From an uncultured Planctomycetota bacterium (lineage in GTDB: Bacteria; Planctomycetota; Planctomycetia; Gemmatales; Gemmataceae): 64,000 nucleotides of DNA. Where the stretch lies: positions 1 through 64,000 of the forward strand of contig CAWKHF010000003.1 of NCBI GenBank assembly GCA_963849325.1, written 5' to 3'. The position numbers and the translations under genes were made by a program. The notes beneath the pieces were generated by a model, which searched no databases, was not told the origin of the DNA, and worked only from the letters and a program-made list of their open reading frames with translations. This document shows positions 46,698 through 56,872 of the stretch, piece after piece (the first letter of the stretch is position 1; the number at the start of each line of letters is the position of its first letter).

Positions 46698-47285
46698 TCA
46701 GGCTGTCTCCGACTTCAACTCTGCCAGTAGCTTTTCCAGCGCCGCAGGCTCGACAGGCTTGACGAGATGGCCGTTGAAGCCCGCCTCCTGCGAACGGCGC
46801 TTGTCCTCATCCTGGCCCCAGCCGGTCAGGGCAACGATGCCCACATTCTCCCCCCACGGCTGCTCTCGAATGCGACGGCAGGCGTCGTAGCCGTTCAGCT
46901 TGGGCATCCCGATGTCCAGCAGGATGAGGTCGGGCCGGAACGCCGCCCCCGCTTCCACCCCTTCCAGGCCATCGTGGGCGGTCCGAACCTCGTGGCCCAT
47001 CATCTGGAGCATCATCGCCAGGCTGCTCGCAGAATCCACGTTATCGTCCACCACCAGAATGCGTCGTCCGGTCGCCCGGAAGGGTCGCCGGTCGTCCCTC
47101 TCTCCCTGTTGCTCCTGCATCACCGACAGCATGAGCGGCAGGCGAATGATGAACTCACTCCCCAGGCCATGACCTTCGCTGTGTGCCTCAACGCTGCCGC
47201 CGTGCATTTCGACCAGCCGCTTCACGATGGTCAGGCCGACGCCCAACCCGCCCTGCGACTTTTCCAGCGACCGATCTATCTGCGT
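46698..47285 (-). pseudogene. 3' fragment of a hybrid histidine kinase (HATPase G2 box + REC)
   Basis: QIDRSLEKSQGGLGVGLTIVKRLVEMHGG followed by a REC domain. The 5' part is absent. Confidence 0.8.
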
Positions 47286-47592
47286 GCCCGCACGATGGCG
47301 GAGCGAGCCTCTCGGCCCGTGGCTTGACTCTCCTCTCCGAAGCAGCGGCGTAATACGCTCTCTCTCTGCAGACGTGCTCTCGGTGTCGGTTCCGTGACCG
47401 GCCCGCGCATTCTATCCACCAGTTGCCGGTTCCACGCGAGGCGCCCGCGTAGCAATCCGACCTTAGCCCGCCACTTTTCGCGACTCAAAAAATCTCTCTT
47501 TTTTGTCTCTTATGGCCTTGAGTTCTCCGCCAATACGAGGCTCACTGTCCACTGGGGTTGACCGTTTCCCGATCCCGATAAAGGAGAACCCT

Positions 47593-48238
47593 GTGGAGCT
47601 AAACATCGTCAACGAGGTCGCGATGCTGCAACGGCTGAGCGTCGGCCAACTGCGGCAACGCTTCGCCGAACTGTTCGGCGAAGCCACCGCCGCCAGCAAC
47701 CGCACCTGGCTGGTCAAACGCATCGCCTGGCGAATGCAAGCACTGGCCGAAGGCGACCTGTCCCAACGCGCCCGCCAACGCGCCGCCGAACTGGCCCACG
47801 ACGCCGACATCCGACTCAATCCACCACACGACAAAACCACCCCTGCCGCACTGCCCGAGCCGGTCAACGTCCCGGCGCCGTTCGATCCGCGTCTGCCGCC
47901 GCCAGGCACCATCCTCACCCGGCCCTACAAGGGACAGCAACGGCATGTCCAGGTGCTCCACGACGGCTTCGCCTACGCCGGCAATGTCTATCCTTCGCTT
48001 AGAGTCTGTCCCGTAAGCCCCCCTCTCCCCCGTACTCGGGGGAGAGGGGTTGGGGGTGAGGGGGCGGCAAACCCGCAGAAAACGCCCCCTCACCCCAACC
48101 CCTCTCCCCCGGAGTACCGGGGGAGAGGGGCTTACGGGACAGACACTTAGCGCCGTCGCCAAGGTCATCACCGGCACGCACACCAACAGCTACCACTTCT
48201 TCCGCAACACCCTCAACCACAACAAGGAGACCGCATGA
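47593..48238 (+). pseudogene. DUF2924 protein interrupted by MITE copy 2
   Basis: RIAWRMQALAEGDLS, PPPGTILTRPYKG, and [13 protein letters not shown] split by the insertion. Confidence 0.82.
48002..48146. mobile_element. MITE copy 2 (TTA target duplication)
   Basis: TTA|GAGTCTGTCCCGTAAGCCCC...GGGGCTTACGGGACAGACAC|TTA. Confidence 0.9.
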
Positions 48239-48960
48239 ACCCGCACGCCAAGAAAGCCGCGGCCACCCTGACGCTGGTCCGCTGCGCCATCTACACACGC
48301 AAGTCCACCGAGGAAGGACGGGAACAGGAGTTCAATTCGCTGGACGCCCAACGCGAGTCCGCCGAAACCTTCATCCGCAGCCAGACCCACGAAGGCTGGA
48401 CCTGCTTGCCAGACCGCTATGACGACGGCGGCTTTACCGGCGGCAACATGGAACGACCGGCGCTCCAGCGCCTGCTGGCCGACATCCAAGCGGGCAAGAT
48501 TGACTGTGTCGTGACTTACAAAGTCGATCGCTTAAGTCGCTCGCTGTTGGACTTCGCCAACAGGACGACGCCTGCGTCGCCCAGTGGGAAGGCGAGCGTG
48601 TCGGCTTGGAGCGTGATCTGCTGCGGGGGCAGAGCGAAGTCCACAAGCTGCTGGCCGAAGTTGGCTCGGCGCAGCGGTTGGCGGCGCGGTGACACGCTTG
48701 GCCGAGCTGCAAGCACGGCTGTCTCAGGTCGAGCAGCGGCTGGCACGCTTGCGGGGGCAAAGGGAAGCGTTGCAGCAGGAGCGTCTGGACCAAGCCGCGG
48801 CGACCGCAGCGTTGTCCGGCTTGCTTCCGGCCTGGGAGTCAATGACTCCCGACAAGCAGGCGTGGATCGTTCGTTTGCTGGTGTCGCGGGTGGACTACGA
48901 CGGCCAGCACGGCAAGGCGTCGATCGCCTTTCAGCCCTTGGGTCTGAAAACGTTGGCCGG
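48235..48960 (+). pseudogene. Large serine recombinase with an internal deletion
   Basis: [15 protein letters not shown] and KVDRLSRS, then an abrupt jump near 48560 to the C-terminal coiled coil ([11 protein letters not shown]). Confidence 0.82.
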
Positions 48961-49141
48961 CGAGCGTGTCGCGTTTCCAGGTGACCTGCTCGCCGTTCGC
49001 CCACTGGATCTTCACCGCGACCCCGTTGGCCCACACGATGCGTCCCTCCACGCCGTCGTCGGTGCAGCGCACGCGGCTGCCGATCTTCAGTGCCGGCAGG
49101 TTGCTGCCGGCGGTCGTCCGCTTGTCCTTCTTCTTCGCCAT
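48950..49141 (-). pseudogene. Truncated hypothetical protein (SH3-like N-terminus)
   Basis: RBS plus MAKKK...KIGSRVRCTDDGVEGRIVWAN; runs head-on into the recombinase 3' end. Confidence 0.5.
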
Positions 49142-49349
49142 GTTTGTCTCCCCAGTGTTTGGTCGATTGCAAGCGGACGCTGCGACGATCGCAACGTCCG
49201 CCAGGGTCAGTCACTTACCTCGTGCGCGGGTACAACCGCAACTCAATTCGCAGACAATTTCAGTCTTTTTTTCAACTTCTGGGTCACCGCCGCTTCAGGG
49301 ACGCCCCCTTCGGTGCAAGACCGTCGTTTGCCAGAGAAAGAGGTGAAGC

Positions 49350-50648
49350 ATGCTCGTGGAAATGCGTTCGCTTGGCAGCATTCGCCCTTACGAAAACAAC
49401 CCGCGTCAGAACGACGACGCCGTGCAGGCCGTGGCCGCATCGATTCGTGAATTCGGCTTTCGCCAGCCCATCGTCGTGGACGAGCACGGCATCATCATCG
49501 TCGGCCACACGCGCTACAAGGCCGCCCTCCTACGGGGCCTGACGGAGGTGCCGGTTCATGTGGCAGTCGGCCTATCGCCGGAGAAGGCCAAAGCGTACCG
49601 CCTCGCGGACAACCAGACGGCGACGCTGTCGCAATGGGATGACGACAAGCTGGTTCAGGAACTGGCTCAACTGCAGGAGATGGACTTCGACCTGGCCCTG
49701 GCCGGCTTCTCGTCCGGGGATCTGCAGCGCCTTTTGGAGGCCGGGTCCGGCGTGGGGCTGACCGACCCGGACGCCGTACCCGAGCCGCCCGACGAGGCCA
49801 TCACGCAATCCGGCGATCCGTGGGTGCTTGGCAAGCACCGCCTGCTCTGCGGCGACAGCAGCAAGTCCCCAGACCTGGACCGCCTGCTCGACGGCGCCGC
49901 CATCCACCTGGTCAACACCGACCCGCCTTACAACGTCAAGGTCGAGCCACGCAGCAACAACGCCATCGCCGCCGGACTGTCGTCATTCCAGGGGACGACC
50001 CCTCACCAGTCCCTCGACCTGGCCCGCCACCCGGAGAAGGCCCAGCCGACAGCGAAGAAACTGCGTGCCAAGGACCGCCCGCTGGCCAACGACTTCGTCT
50101 CCGACGAGGAGTTCGACCGCCTGCTGCACGCCTGGTTCGGCAATCTGGCCCGCGTGTTGCGACCGGGCCGCGCGTTCTACATCTGGGGCGGATACGCCAA
50201 CTGTGGCAACTATCCGCCCGTGCTCCAGGCCACGGGCCTGTACTTCTCGCAGGCGATCATCTGGGACAAGCAACACCCGGTGCTGACCCGCAAAGATTTC
50301 ATGGGCGCGCATGAGTGGTGCTTCTATGGCTGGCGTGAAGGCGCCGCCCACCAGTTCTTCGGACCGGCCAATGCCACCGATTTGTGGAGTATCAAGAAAG
50401 TCAACCCGCAGAGCATGATCCATCTCACCGAGAAGCCCGTCGAGCTGGCCGGCCGCGCCCTGCACTACTCGTCGAAAACCGGCGAGAACGTGCTGGACCT
50501 GTTCGGCGGTAGCGGCTCCACGCTCATCGCGGCCGAGCAGGCCGGACGGCACGCCTTCCTCATGGAGTTGGACCCCCTCTACTGCGACGTCATCGTGCAG
50601 CGCTATGAGCAATTCACGGGCCACAAGGCGGTGCGCACGGGCTCATGA
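49350..50648 (+). CDS. ParB-like N-terminal domain fused to an N6/N4 DNA methyltransferase (beta class)
   Basis: PYENNPR...GHTR...LADN, DPPY, HLTEKP and LDLFGGSGS. Confidence 0.92.
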   Translation: MLVEMRSLGSIRPYENNPRQNDDAVQAVAASIREFGFRQPIVVDEHGIIIVGHTRYKAALLRGLTEVPVHVAVGLSPEKAKAYRLADNQTATLSQWDDDKLVQELAQLQEMDFDLALAGFSSGDLQRLLEAGSGVGLTDPDAVPEPPDEAITQSGDPWVLGKHRLLCGDSSKSPDLDRLLDGAAIHLVNTDPPYNVKVEPRSNNAIAAGLSSFQGTTPHQSLDLARHPEKAQPTAKKLRAKDRPLANDFVSDEEFDRLLHAWFGNLARVLRPGRAFYIWGGYANCGNYPPVLQATGLYFSQAIIWDKQHPVLTRKDFMGAHEWCFYGWREGAAHQFFGPANATDLWSIKKVNPQSMIHLTEKPVELAGRALHYSSKTGENVLDLFGGSGSTLIAAEQAGRHAFLMELDPLYCDVIVQRYEQFTGHKAVRTGS

Positions 50649-50706
50649 AGGCGGCGAGGTGGGAGGCGGGTGACACAACGGGGTCCGTTGTGAAGGAGGG
50701 TTAGCC

Positions 50707-51288
50707 ATGTCCGAGTTGTCGCCGGCACCGTGGGAGCAACAACTGCGGGAATCTCCCCGGGCATTCGGGGCGTTCCGTGTGTACCGCGACCTCGGCCCGC
50801 GGCGGACCCTCCGTGCCGCCGCCGAGGCGTTCTACGGCCGCGCGTCGGGCGCACTGGAGCGTCAGGTCGATAAGTGGTCGCGCACCTTCCACTGGGTCGA
50901 GCGCGCCGGCGCCTGGGACCGGCATCTGGACGCCGAGGTGTGCCGGGCCCAGGAGACGGCGCGACGCGAGATGGCGCAGCGACAGGCGCAGGAGGCCCGC
51001 GCCCTGCAAGCCAAAGCCGTGGAGCGGCTGCGAATGCTGCGTCCCGAGGAGCTGGAGCCGGCCGACGTGCTGCGGTTCCTCGTCGAAGCCGCCAAGCTGG
51101 AACGCCTGGCCCTGGGCGAGCCGGATAGTGTGCAGCGGCAAGAGCTGACCGGCCGCGGCGGCGGCCCGCTGCACTTTTCCCTGGAAGATGCGGTGACCGC
51201 GGCCCGCGAATTGGAGGAGTCTCAACGTGATTGCTTACAACGAGGCGGAGGCGAAACGCTTGCAGATCGAAATCCTCAAGTGCCGTAA
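50707..51288 (+). CDS. Putative terminase small subunit
   Basis: WEQQLRESPRAFGAFRVYRDLG...WVERAGAWD; lies directly upstream of and overlaps TerL. Confidence 0.65.
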   Translation: MSELSPAPWEQQLRESPRAFGAFRVYRDLGPRRTLRAAAEAFYGRASGALERQVDKWSRTFHWVERAGAWDRHLDAEVCRAQETARREMAQRQAQEARALQAKAVERLRMLRPEELEPADVLRFLVEAAKLERLALGEPDSVQRQELTGRGGGPLHFSLEDAVTAARELEESQRDCLQRGGGETLADRNPQVP

Positions 51289-52682
51289 GTCCTTCGCGTA
51301 TTTCTGCGACAGCTACTGCCAGAACCTGTCCGACTGCGGTCAGGGCGGGAGCTGGGTGCCATTCCACCTCTGGCCGCAGCAGCGGCGCGTGGCCGAACTG
51401 CTCCAGGCCAACCGCCTGGTCGTGGTGCTCAAGGCCAGGCAACTGGGACTGACCTGGCTGGTGCTGGCCTTCACCTTGTGGCTGCTGCTGTTCCACCCGA
51501 TCGCCACGGTGCTGCTGTTCTCCCGACGCGACGACGAGGCGGTGGATTTGCTCACCGTGCGTCTGCGGGGCATGTACGACCGCTTGCCGGCTTGGTTGCA
51601 AGCAAGCGCGGTCACTACCGCCAATGACCACGAGTGGGCGCTGGTCAGCGGCTCGCGGGCGCTGGCCTTCCCGACCACGGCGGGCGACAGCTACACGGCG
51701 ACCTTGGCCGTCGTCGATGAGGCCGATTTATGCACCGACCTCGACCGGCTGATGCGGGCGGTCAAGCCGACCATCGACGCGGGCGGGCGAATGGTGCTGT
51801 TGAGCCGGTCGGACAAGTCCAAGCCGCAAAGCCCCTTCAAGCGGATGTACAGGGCGGCGCGGCAGGAGCAGAACGGTTGGGTTCCGGTCTTCCTGCCCTG
51901 GGATGCCCGGCCTGACCGCGATGCGGCCTGGTACGAAGCCCAACGGCGTGACGTGCTGGCCCGCACGGGTTCTGCCGACGACCTGGCCGAGCAGTACCCG
52001 GCGACCGATGCCGAGGCCCTGGCGCCGCGCGCAGGACAAGCGTATCCCCGCCGCCTGGCTGCAACAGTGCTTCGCGGAGCGACCGCCGCTGGCGTCGCCG
52101 CCGCAGGATATGCCGGCGATTTCTGGCCTGGCCGTGTTCGCGCTGCCGCAGGCCGGCCGCCGCTACGTCATCGGCGCCGATCCGGCCGAGGGCAACCCCA
52201 GCAGTGACGATAGCGCCCTATGCGTCCTCGACACGGAATCCGGCCAGCAGATGGCGGAATTGGCCGGCAAATTCGAGCCGTCCGTGTTTGCCGACTACGC
52301 ATATCAACTGGCCCGGTGGTTCAATAGGGCCGACGTTCTGGTGGAACGAAACAACCACGGCCACGCCGTCTTGCTGTGGCTGCGTGACCATGGGCGGGGC
52401 CTGCAATTGCTGGCCGGTCACGACGGACAGCCGGGCTGGCTGTCCTCGAGCTTGGGCAAAGCGCAGTTGTATGACAAATGCGCCGAAGGCTTCAAGAACG
52501 CCGAGCTAACCCTGCACTCCTTCGCCACCTATATCCAAGTGGCCTCCATCGACGGCTCGACGCTGCGTGCTCCCGACGGGCAGCCGGACGATCGCGCCGA
52601 CGCCTTGGCGTTGGCGTGCGTGGCGCGCACGACGCGGAAGCGCACGTTTTGGCTGCGTTTTGGCGGGGAGGTGTTTCGCTGA
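51227..52682 (+). CDS. Terminase large subunit; frameshift near 52030
   Basis: LKARQLG (Walker A), AVVDEA (Walker B), nuclease GADPAEG, VERNNHG and DDRADALA. Confidence 0.88.
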
Positions 52683-52721
52683 TACGGTCGCGGCAGTGGC
52701 CTATGTCGGGACAGTGCCGCG

Positions 52722-52991
52722 TTGGGTCCGGTACGACACGATAGGTTACGTCCAGGCACACGCATCGAGTTCCATCCCTGGCAGACGCCCGGCTCCCTCT
52801 TGGAGCCACCTCCCCCGCCGCCCCGAGTTAAGCGCGATCCCATGGAACTTGCGCGATTCTACCAGTCGCTGCTCGACCGCGGCGTGGTGGAGAACCGCGC
52901 GGGCCTCGCCCGCTACCTCGGCGTGAGTCGCGCCCGCGTATCGCAAGTCCTCAAGCGGCTCCAGCCGGCACAGGGGGAGGGCACGTCATGA
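52722..52991 (+). CDS. Small HTH protein (start uncertain)
   Basis: NRAGLARYLGVSRARVSQVL. Confidence 0.6.
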   Translation: MGPVRHDRLRPGTRIEFHPWQTPGSLLEPPPPPPRVKRDPMELARFYQSLLDRGVVENRAGLARYLGVSRARVSQVLKRLQPAQGEGTS

Positions 52992-53266
52992 GCCCTTCTC
53001 TTGTCCCGCAGCGTGCTCACCCGGTCTACACGCTCACGGACATCCTGGCCCGATACGTCGGCGTTGAGCGCGACCTCGTCCAGTTCGTCGAGTTCCTGAG
53101 CCTGCCCGCCGGTCGGATGGTCATGCCAGTCACCACCGCCCGCTAAATGAATAGAAATCCGCCTTACATCCTGAACTGAACGCCACTTCGCCCGCGATTT
53201 TCTTGGCGTTGCGAGGCACCGGCCCGGTCAGGGAACCACCACGGTTCTTCTGGAAAGGAGAGTCAC

Positions 53267-53827
53267 ATGATCCTGTTTCAAGCCAAATTAGCCTGCATTC
53301 TCCGCGAACTGGAGAAGTTCGAGCGGGTGCGCGTCATCAGGCCGCTGGGAAAAACCAGCGTCCTGCGGATGCTGTTTGAAGACTTCCAGTATCGCTACCT
53401 CGACGGCAACCTGCCCGCGGAAGGAATGGCCAGGTGACAGGCCTTGCGGGTGGCGTGCCGGGACCGATCGACCTCTGCCAGGGAGAAGAGTCGCGACCTC
53501 TACGCCTGGCTGGTTAAGACGTATCTTCCCTTCCCGCGTCTGCACGTTTGCCTCGAATCCTGGACCCTTGTCCTGGACGGGGTGGCCTACTCGAACATCG
53601 ATCAGACACTTCTGCGTGTGATAATTGTCCTCGATCGAGCGCGGCTGACGGCCGAGTCCGAGGGCGACACCGTGTTCGTGCCCGAGAAGCAAATCAAGGC
53701 ACAGATCTCGGAAGACCTCGGCGAAAAAGCGATCCGCCGACTCCGGAAGCGGCTGCTGCCCGAACTTCAACCGCTGATTTACGCCCACTCCGGAAAGGGC
53801 CTGGCACTCATTCTTCCACCCCGCTGA
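53267..53827 (+). pseudogene. Hypothetical protein with an in-frame TGA near 53435
   Basis: AAGGAG plus ATG at 53267, in frame with ORF 53444-53827. Confidence 0.45.
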
Positions 53828-53842
53828 GGCTGCGGGGTTCGC

Positions 53843-53977
53843 AAGTGTCCGGAAGTGTCCGGATCGGATCCACTACGCGGCCCGTGACGGTGTCCGCAAG
53901 TGTCCGCGGCTCGGCACGGAACTGCCCGCATGTGTCCGAAACACCAGCATCCTCCACAAATGTCCGGAACTGTCCCT
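53843..53977. repeat. Eight 10-bp direct repeats (AASTGTCCGS consensus) in four tandem pairs; iteron-like
   Basis: Pairs at 53843-53862, 53888-53907, 53920-53939 and 53958-53977. Confidence 0.75.
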
Positions 53978-54044
53978 TGGTTCCTCATGGGGCTGCGATT
54001 TACCCTGGGTGCCTCGCCTCAATCAACAATAGAGGGTCATCCCA

Positions 54045-54815
54045 ATGCCAGTACCCGACCAATCAATCTCCCCAGTCCCAGAGCCCGATCACCGCGACCC
54101 CGCCACCGAGCGTCAAGCAGTGGAGGCAGCCGCGGCAGGTACCCCCTTGCTTCCTCACCACGCTGCGCTGCTCACGTCTTCCGGCATCAACCCGGCTGTG
54201 GCCCGCCTTCGTGGCTACCGCACGGCCCAGCGGCAGGCCCAGCTCCAGCGGCTTGGCTTCGCCCGCAACCAGGGCAACGTTCCGGCCCTCGTCATTCCGG
54301 TGTACGGGCTGGACGGGATCGTCCGACTGTATCAGATCCGCCCCGACGAACCACGCGTTAACCGCGACGGACAGCTGGCGCGGTACGAGGTGCCACGCGG
54401 TGCTAGGCTCATCATCGACGTGCCCCCAGGCGGCAGGCAATTCATCCTCGATCCCGCGTTACGGTTGCTGGTCTGTGTCGGCGTCCGCAGCGCCGACGCG
54501 GCCGCAAGTCGGGGCATGGCCTGCATCGCCTTGCTCCACCCGCGGGGCTGGAGGAACAGCAGTGCCGACTGGGACCGGATTCCCCTGGCGGATCGTGAGG
54601 TCGCGATCGTCGTTGACTCCTCCGGCCACGCAACTCCCGAAGCCCTCGAAGGTGCCGCCGACCTTCGGTCCTTCCTCGCGAGGCGTAATGCTGCCGTCCG
54701 CGTCCTGGTCCTCCCTCCCGGCCCTGAGGGCCAGCGGCGGAACCTCGATGATTTCCTGGCTGCCGGCCACGGCGCGGATGACGTTCTGGTCGCTGCCGCC
54801 CGTCGATGTCCCTGA
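54045..54815 (+). CDS. DUF3854/Toprim-like primase domain protein (degenerate)
   Basis: SSGI...RGYRT, YQIRPDEPR, DVPP, ADAAASRG, DWDRIPLADREVAIVVDS and LDDFLAAG. Confidence 0.65.
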   Translation: MPVPDQSISPVPEPDHRDPATERQAVEAAAAGTPLLPHHAALLTSSGINPAVARLRGYRTAQRQAQLQRLGFARNQGNVPALVIPVYGLDGIVRLYQIRPDEPRVNRDGQLARYEVPRGARLIIDVPPGGRQFILDPALRLLVCVGVRSADAAASRGMACIALLHPRGWRNSSADWDRIPLADREVAIVVDSSGHATPEALEGAADLRSFLARRNAAVRVLVLPPGPEGQRRNLDDFLAAGHGADDVLVAAARRCP

Positions 54816-54866
54816 CTGCCCGGCCCGTCCGTCGCCAAGTTCCATCAAGCCCAGTGCTTCGGCGAC

Positions 54867-55907
54867 GTGGGGCCGACAGGGCCAGTCTCCCCACCGGAAC
54901 CACCACTCTTAACAACGGGTGTGCGCGCGCTCGAACCGCTCCAGCGATTCCGGCTGCCCGTGCCCCAACACGGCGACGCCCTGATTGCGGCCGTTCGCCG
55001 CAGCCTGGAACTCCTCGACCTTGCCCCAGACTGCCTGACGTTACCCCTTCTGGCGGCCACTTACCGCGCACCGCTGGGTGACACCAACTACAGCCTGAGC
55101 GTTGACGGCGTAACCGGGAAGGGGAAGACGACCTTCATGGCGCTGTTCCAGCAGCATTCGGGGGCCGGCCTGGATTACGAGCACCTCCCTGCCGGCTTCG
55201 ATTCGACAGCCAACTGGCTGGAGGCCATCGCGTACTGCGCCAAGGACAACATGGTGGTCGTCGATGATCTGGTCATGCGCGGCTCCCGTAGCGATGTGGA
55301 CCGCGTAAACCGGGAAGCGGATCGATTCCTTCGCAGTCAGGCCAACCGCACCGGCCGTGGCCGGTGCAACGCCAATGGTACCCCGCGGCTCGCCCGCTCT
55401 TCCCGGTGCTTGCCCGTATGCACTCAGGAAGATGCCCCCTGGGGCCACTCGCTGAACTCGCGCGTCTTCCGTCTCGCCGTGTGTAACCTCGACGCGCCCG
55501 GGGGGCGGCATCCGCTCGCCGGGGCGGTTCTCCCACCTTCGCACGACCACGCCTCCGTGATGGCGGCGATCCGGGCCGTGAAGAGGTCCCTGGCCACCGT
55601 ATTTCCAGGACAGCACGACGCCATTGAATCCCACTCCTGCTGGCCTCTCATCGAGGCGATGGCTCTGGACCCGACCTACACCGAGAGGCAGCGGTTGGTC
55701 CTCCTGGCCAACCCCCACCACCTCTCCCCGTCAGACCTGGCCTTCCGCAAGGAGCTGATCCGAGCTTACCGAGTTGGTGACCTCCCCCCTCCCCAGCCCG
55801 GGCAGCGTGATCCACCAGTGGTCATGGCCCGTCCGAAAGCCCTGGGGTCCGCAGGTGAAGCCGGACCCCCAGTCAGTCCTCCTGTTCCGCATACACCGAG
55901 TGGCTGA
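54867..55907 (+). CDS. P-loop ATPase/helicase-like replication protein (probably partial)
   Basis: GVTGKGKT, STANWLE, VVVDD and NSR motifs. Confidence 0.65.
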   Translation: MGPTGPVSPPEPPLLTTGVRALEPLQRFRLPVPQHGDALIAAVRRSLELLDLAPDCLTLPLLAATYRAPLGDTNYSLSVDGVTGKGKTTFMALFQQHSGAGLDYEHLPAGFDSTANWLEAIAYCAKDNMVVVDDLVMRGSRSDVDRVNREADRFLRSQANRTGRGRCNANGTPRLARSSRCLPVCTQEDAPWGHSLNSRVFRLAVCNLDAPGGRHPLAGAVLPPSHDHASVMAAIRAVKRSLATVFPGQHDAIESHSCWPLIEAMALDPTYTERQRLVLLANPHHLSPSDLAFRKELIRAYRVGDLPPPQPGQRDPPVVMARPKALGSAGEAGPPVSPPVPHTPSG

Positions 55908-56135
55908 AGCAGGCATCCCGGTAACTCGGCGGACGACCTTTAGACGCCATGTGCCGGCAAGGTCAGGAACCCACCAGGTGGTTTTGGCCCTCCCAGTGTG
56001 GGAAACATTTTCAGAGTAAAGGTGGACGGAGTGGACAACTATGCCGGACCAATAATCCCTTTTTGCGGGAGGGCAGTAACCGTATATCTCATCCGTATTC
56101 AACAACCACCTGGAGACTACTGGCCCGGGTGGCGC

Positions 56136-56777
56136 ATGCTTCTTACCCTGGGCGGCCAGACCAAAACTCTGAGGGAGTGGACATTACTGTCTAGGATCAG
56201 GCAGACGACAGTCTACCAACGAATCAAGCGGGGAGACTTCCCGCTCCAAGCCCTCACAACCTCAGACAGGGAGGGTAACCGCCTCAGGCTGACCACCGCG
56301 CGCTTTCCGTGCCGCAATGTTGGGTTCAACACTGATGGCCCCGTCACGCTATATGCACTATCCAGGGAAACCCTCGAATCCTTGCATGATGCCGTCTTCC
56401 GCGACGGTGGAACCACGAGGTTCGTGGACTCCATCGCTGAATTCGCCGAACGCGACCAGGTCGCTCTCCTCGGTCTCAAGACGGAGGTGGAGGACGCCAT
56501 CGGGCGGTTGAAGGATGCGGGCCAAGTTGCAATGTCGTTGCGATTGCCGTCCTGCCGCGACCACAATCTGCTCGTGGAACTGTTCCTGCGACGGCAGAGT
56601 CGGCTGTCAACGCAACAGACCCCTCCTGCTGGCGTCCTGCCGTTACGGACCACACAACACCTTCAAGAACGTCAGCAAGAACCTGGTTCACCCGACCGCA
56701 CGGAACCCGGTGGCCCTGGTCTCCCCGACGACTTGCCTACCGACGGCTCATGCGAAGTGGCCGCCGAGGTTGGGTGA
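56136..56777 (+). CDS. Hypothetical protein with an N-terminal phage HNH-associated HTH-like motif
   Basis: LTLGGQTKTLREW...TVYQRIKRG...ALT. Confidence 0.5.
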   Translation: MLLTLGGQTKTLREWTLLSRIRQTTVYQRIKRGDFPLQALTTSDREGNRLRLTTARFPCRNVGFNTDGPVTLYALSRETLESLHDAVFRDGGTTRFVDSIAEFAERDQVALLGLKTEVEDAIGRLKDAGQVAMSLRLPSCRDHNLLVELFLRRQSRLSTQQTPPAGVLPLRTTQHLQERQQEPGSPDRTEPGGPGLPDDLPTDGSCEVAAEVG

Positions 56778-56872
56778 GGTTGCTTGGCGATGTGTCCCGA
56801 CCCGGCTCTTTCCCTTCACGGCCGGGTCGGGACACCTATCATTCAAAGCTACTTCTTCAAGGAGGGGAACAG

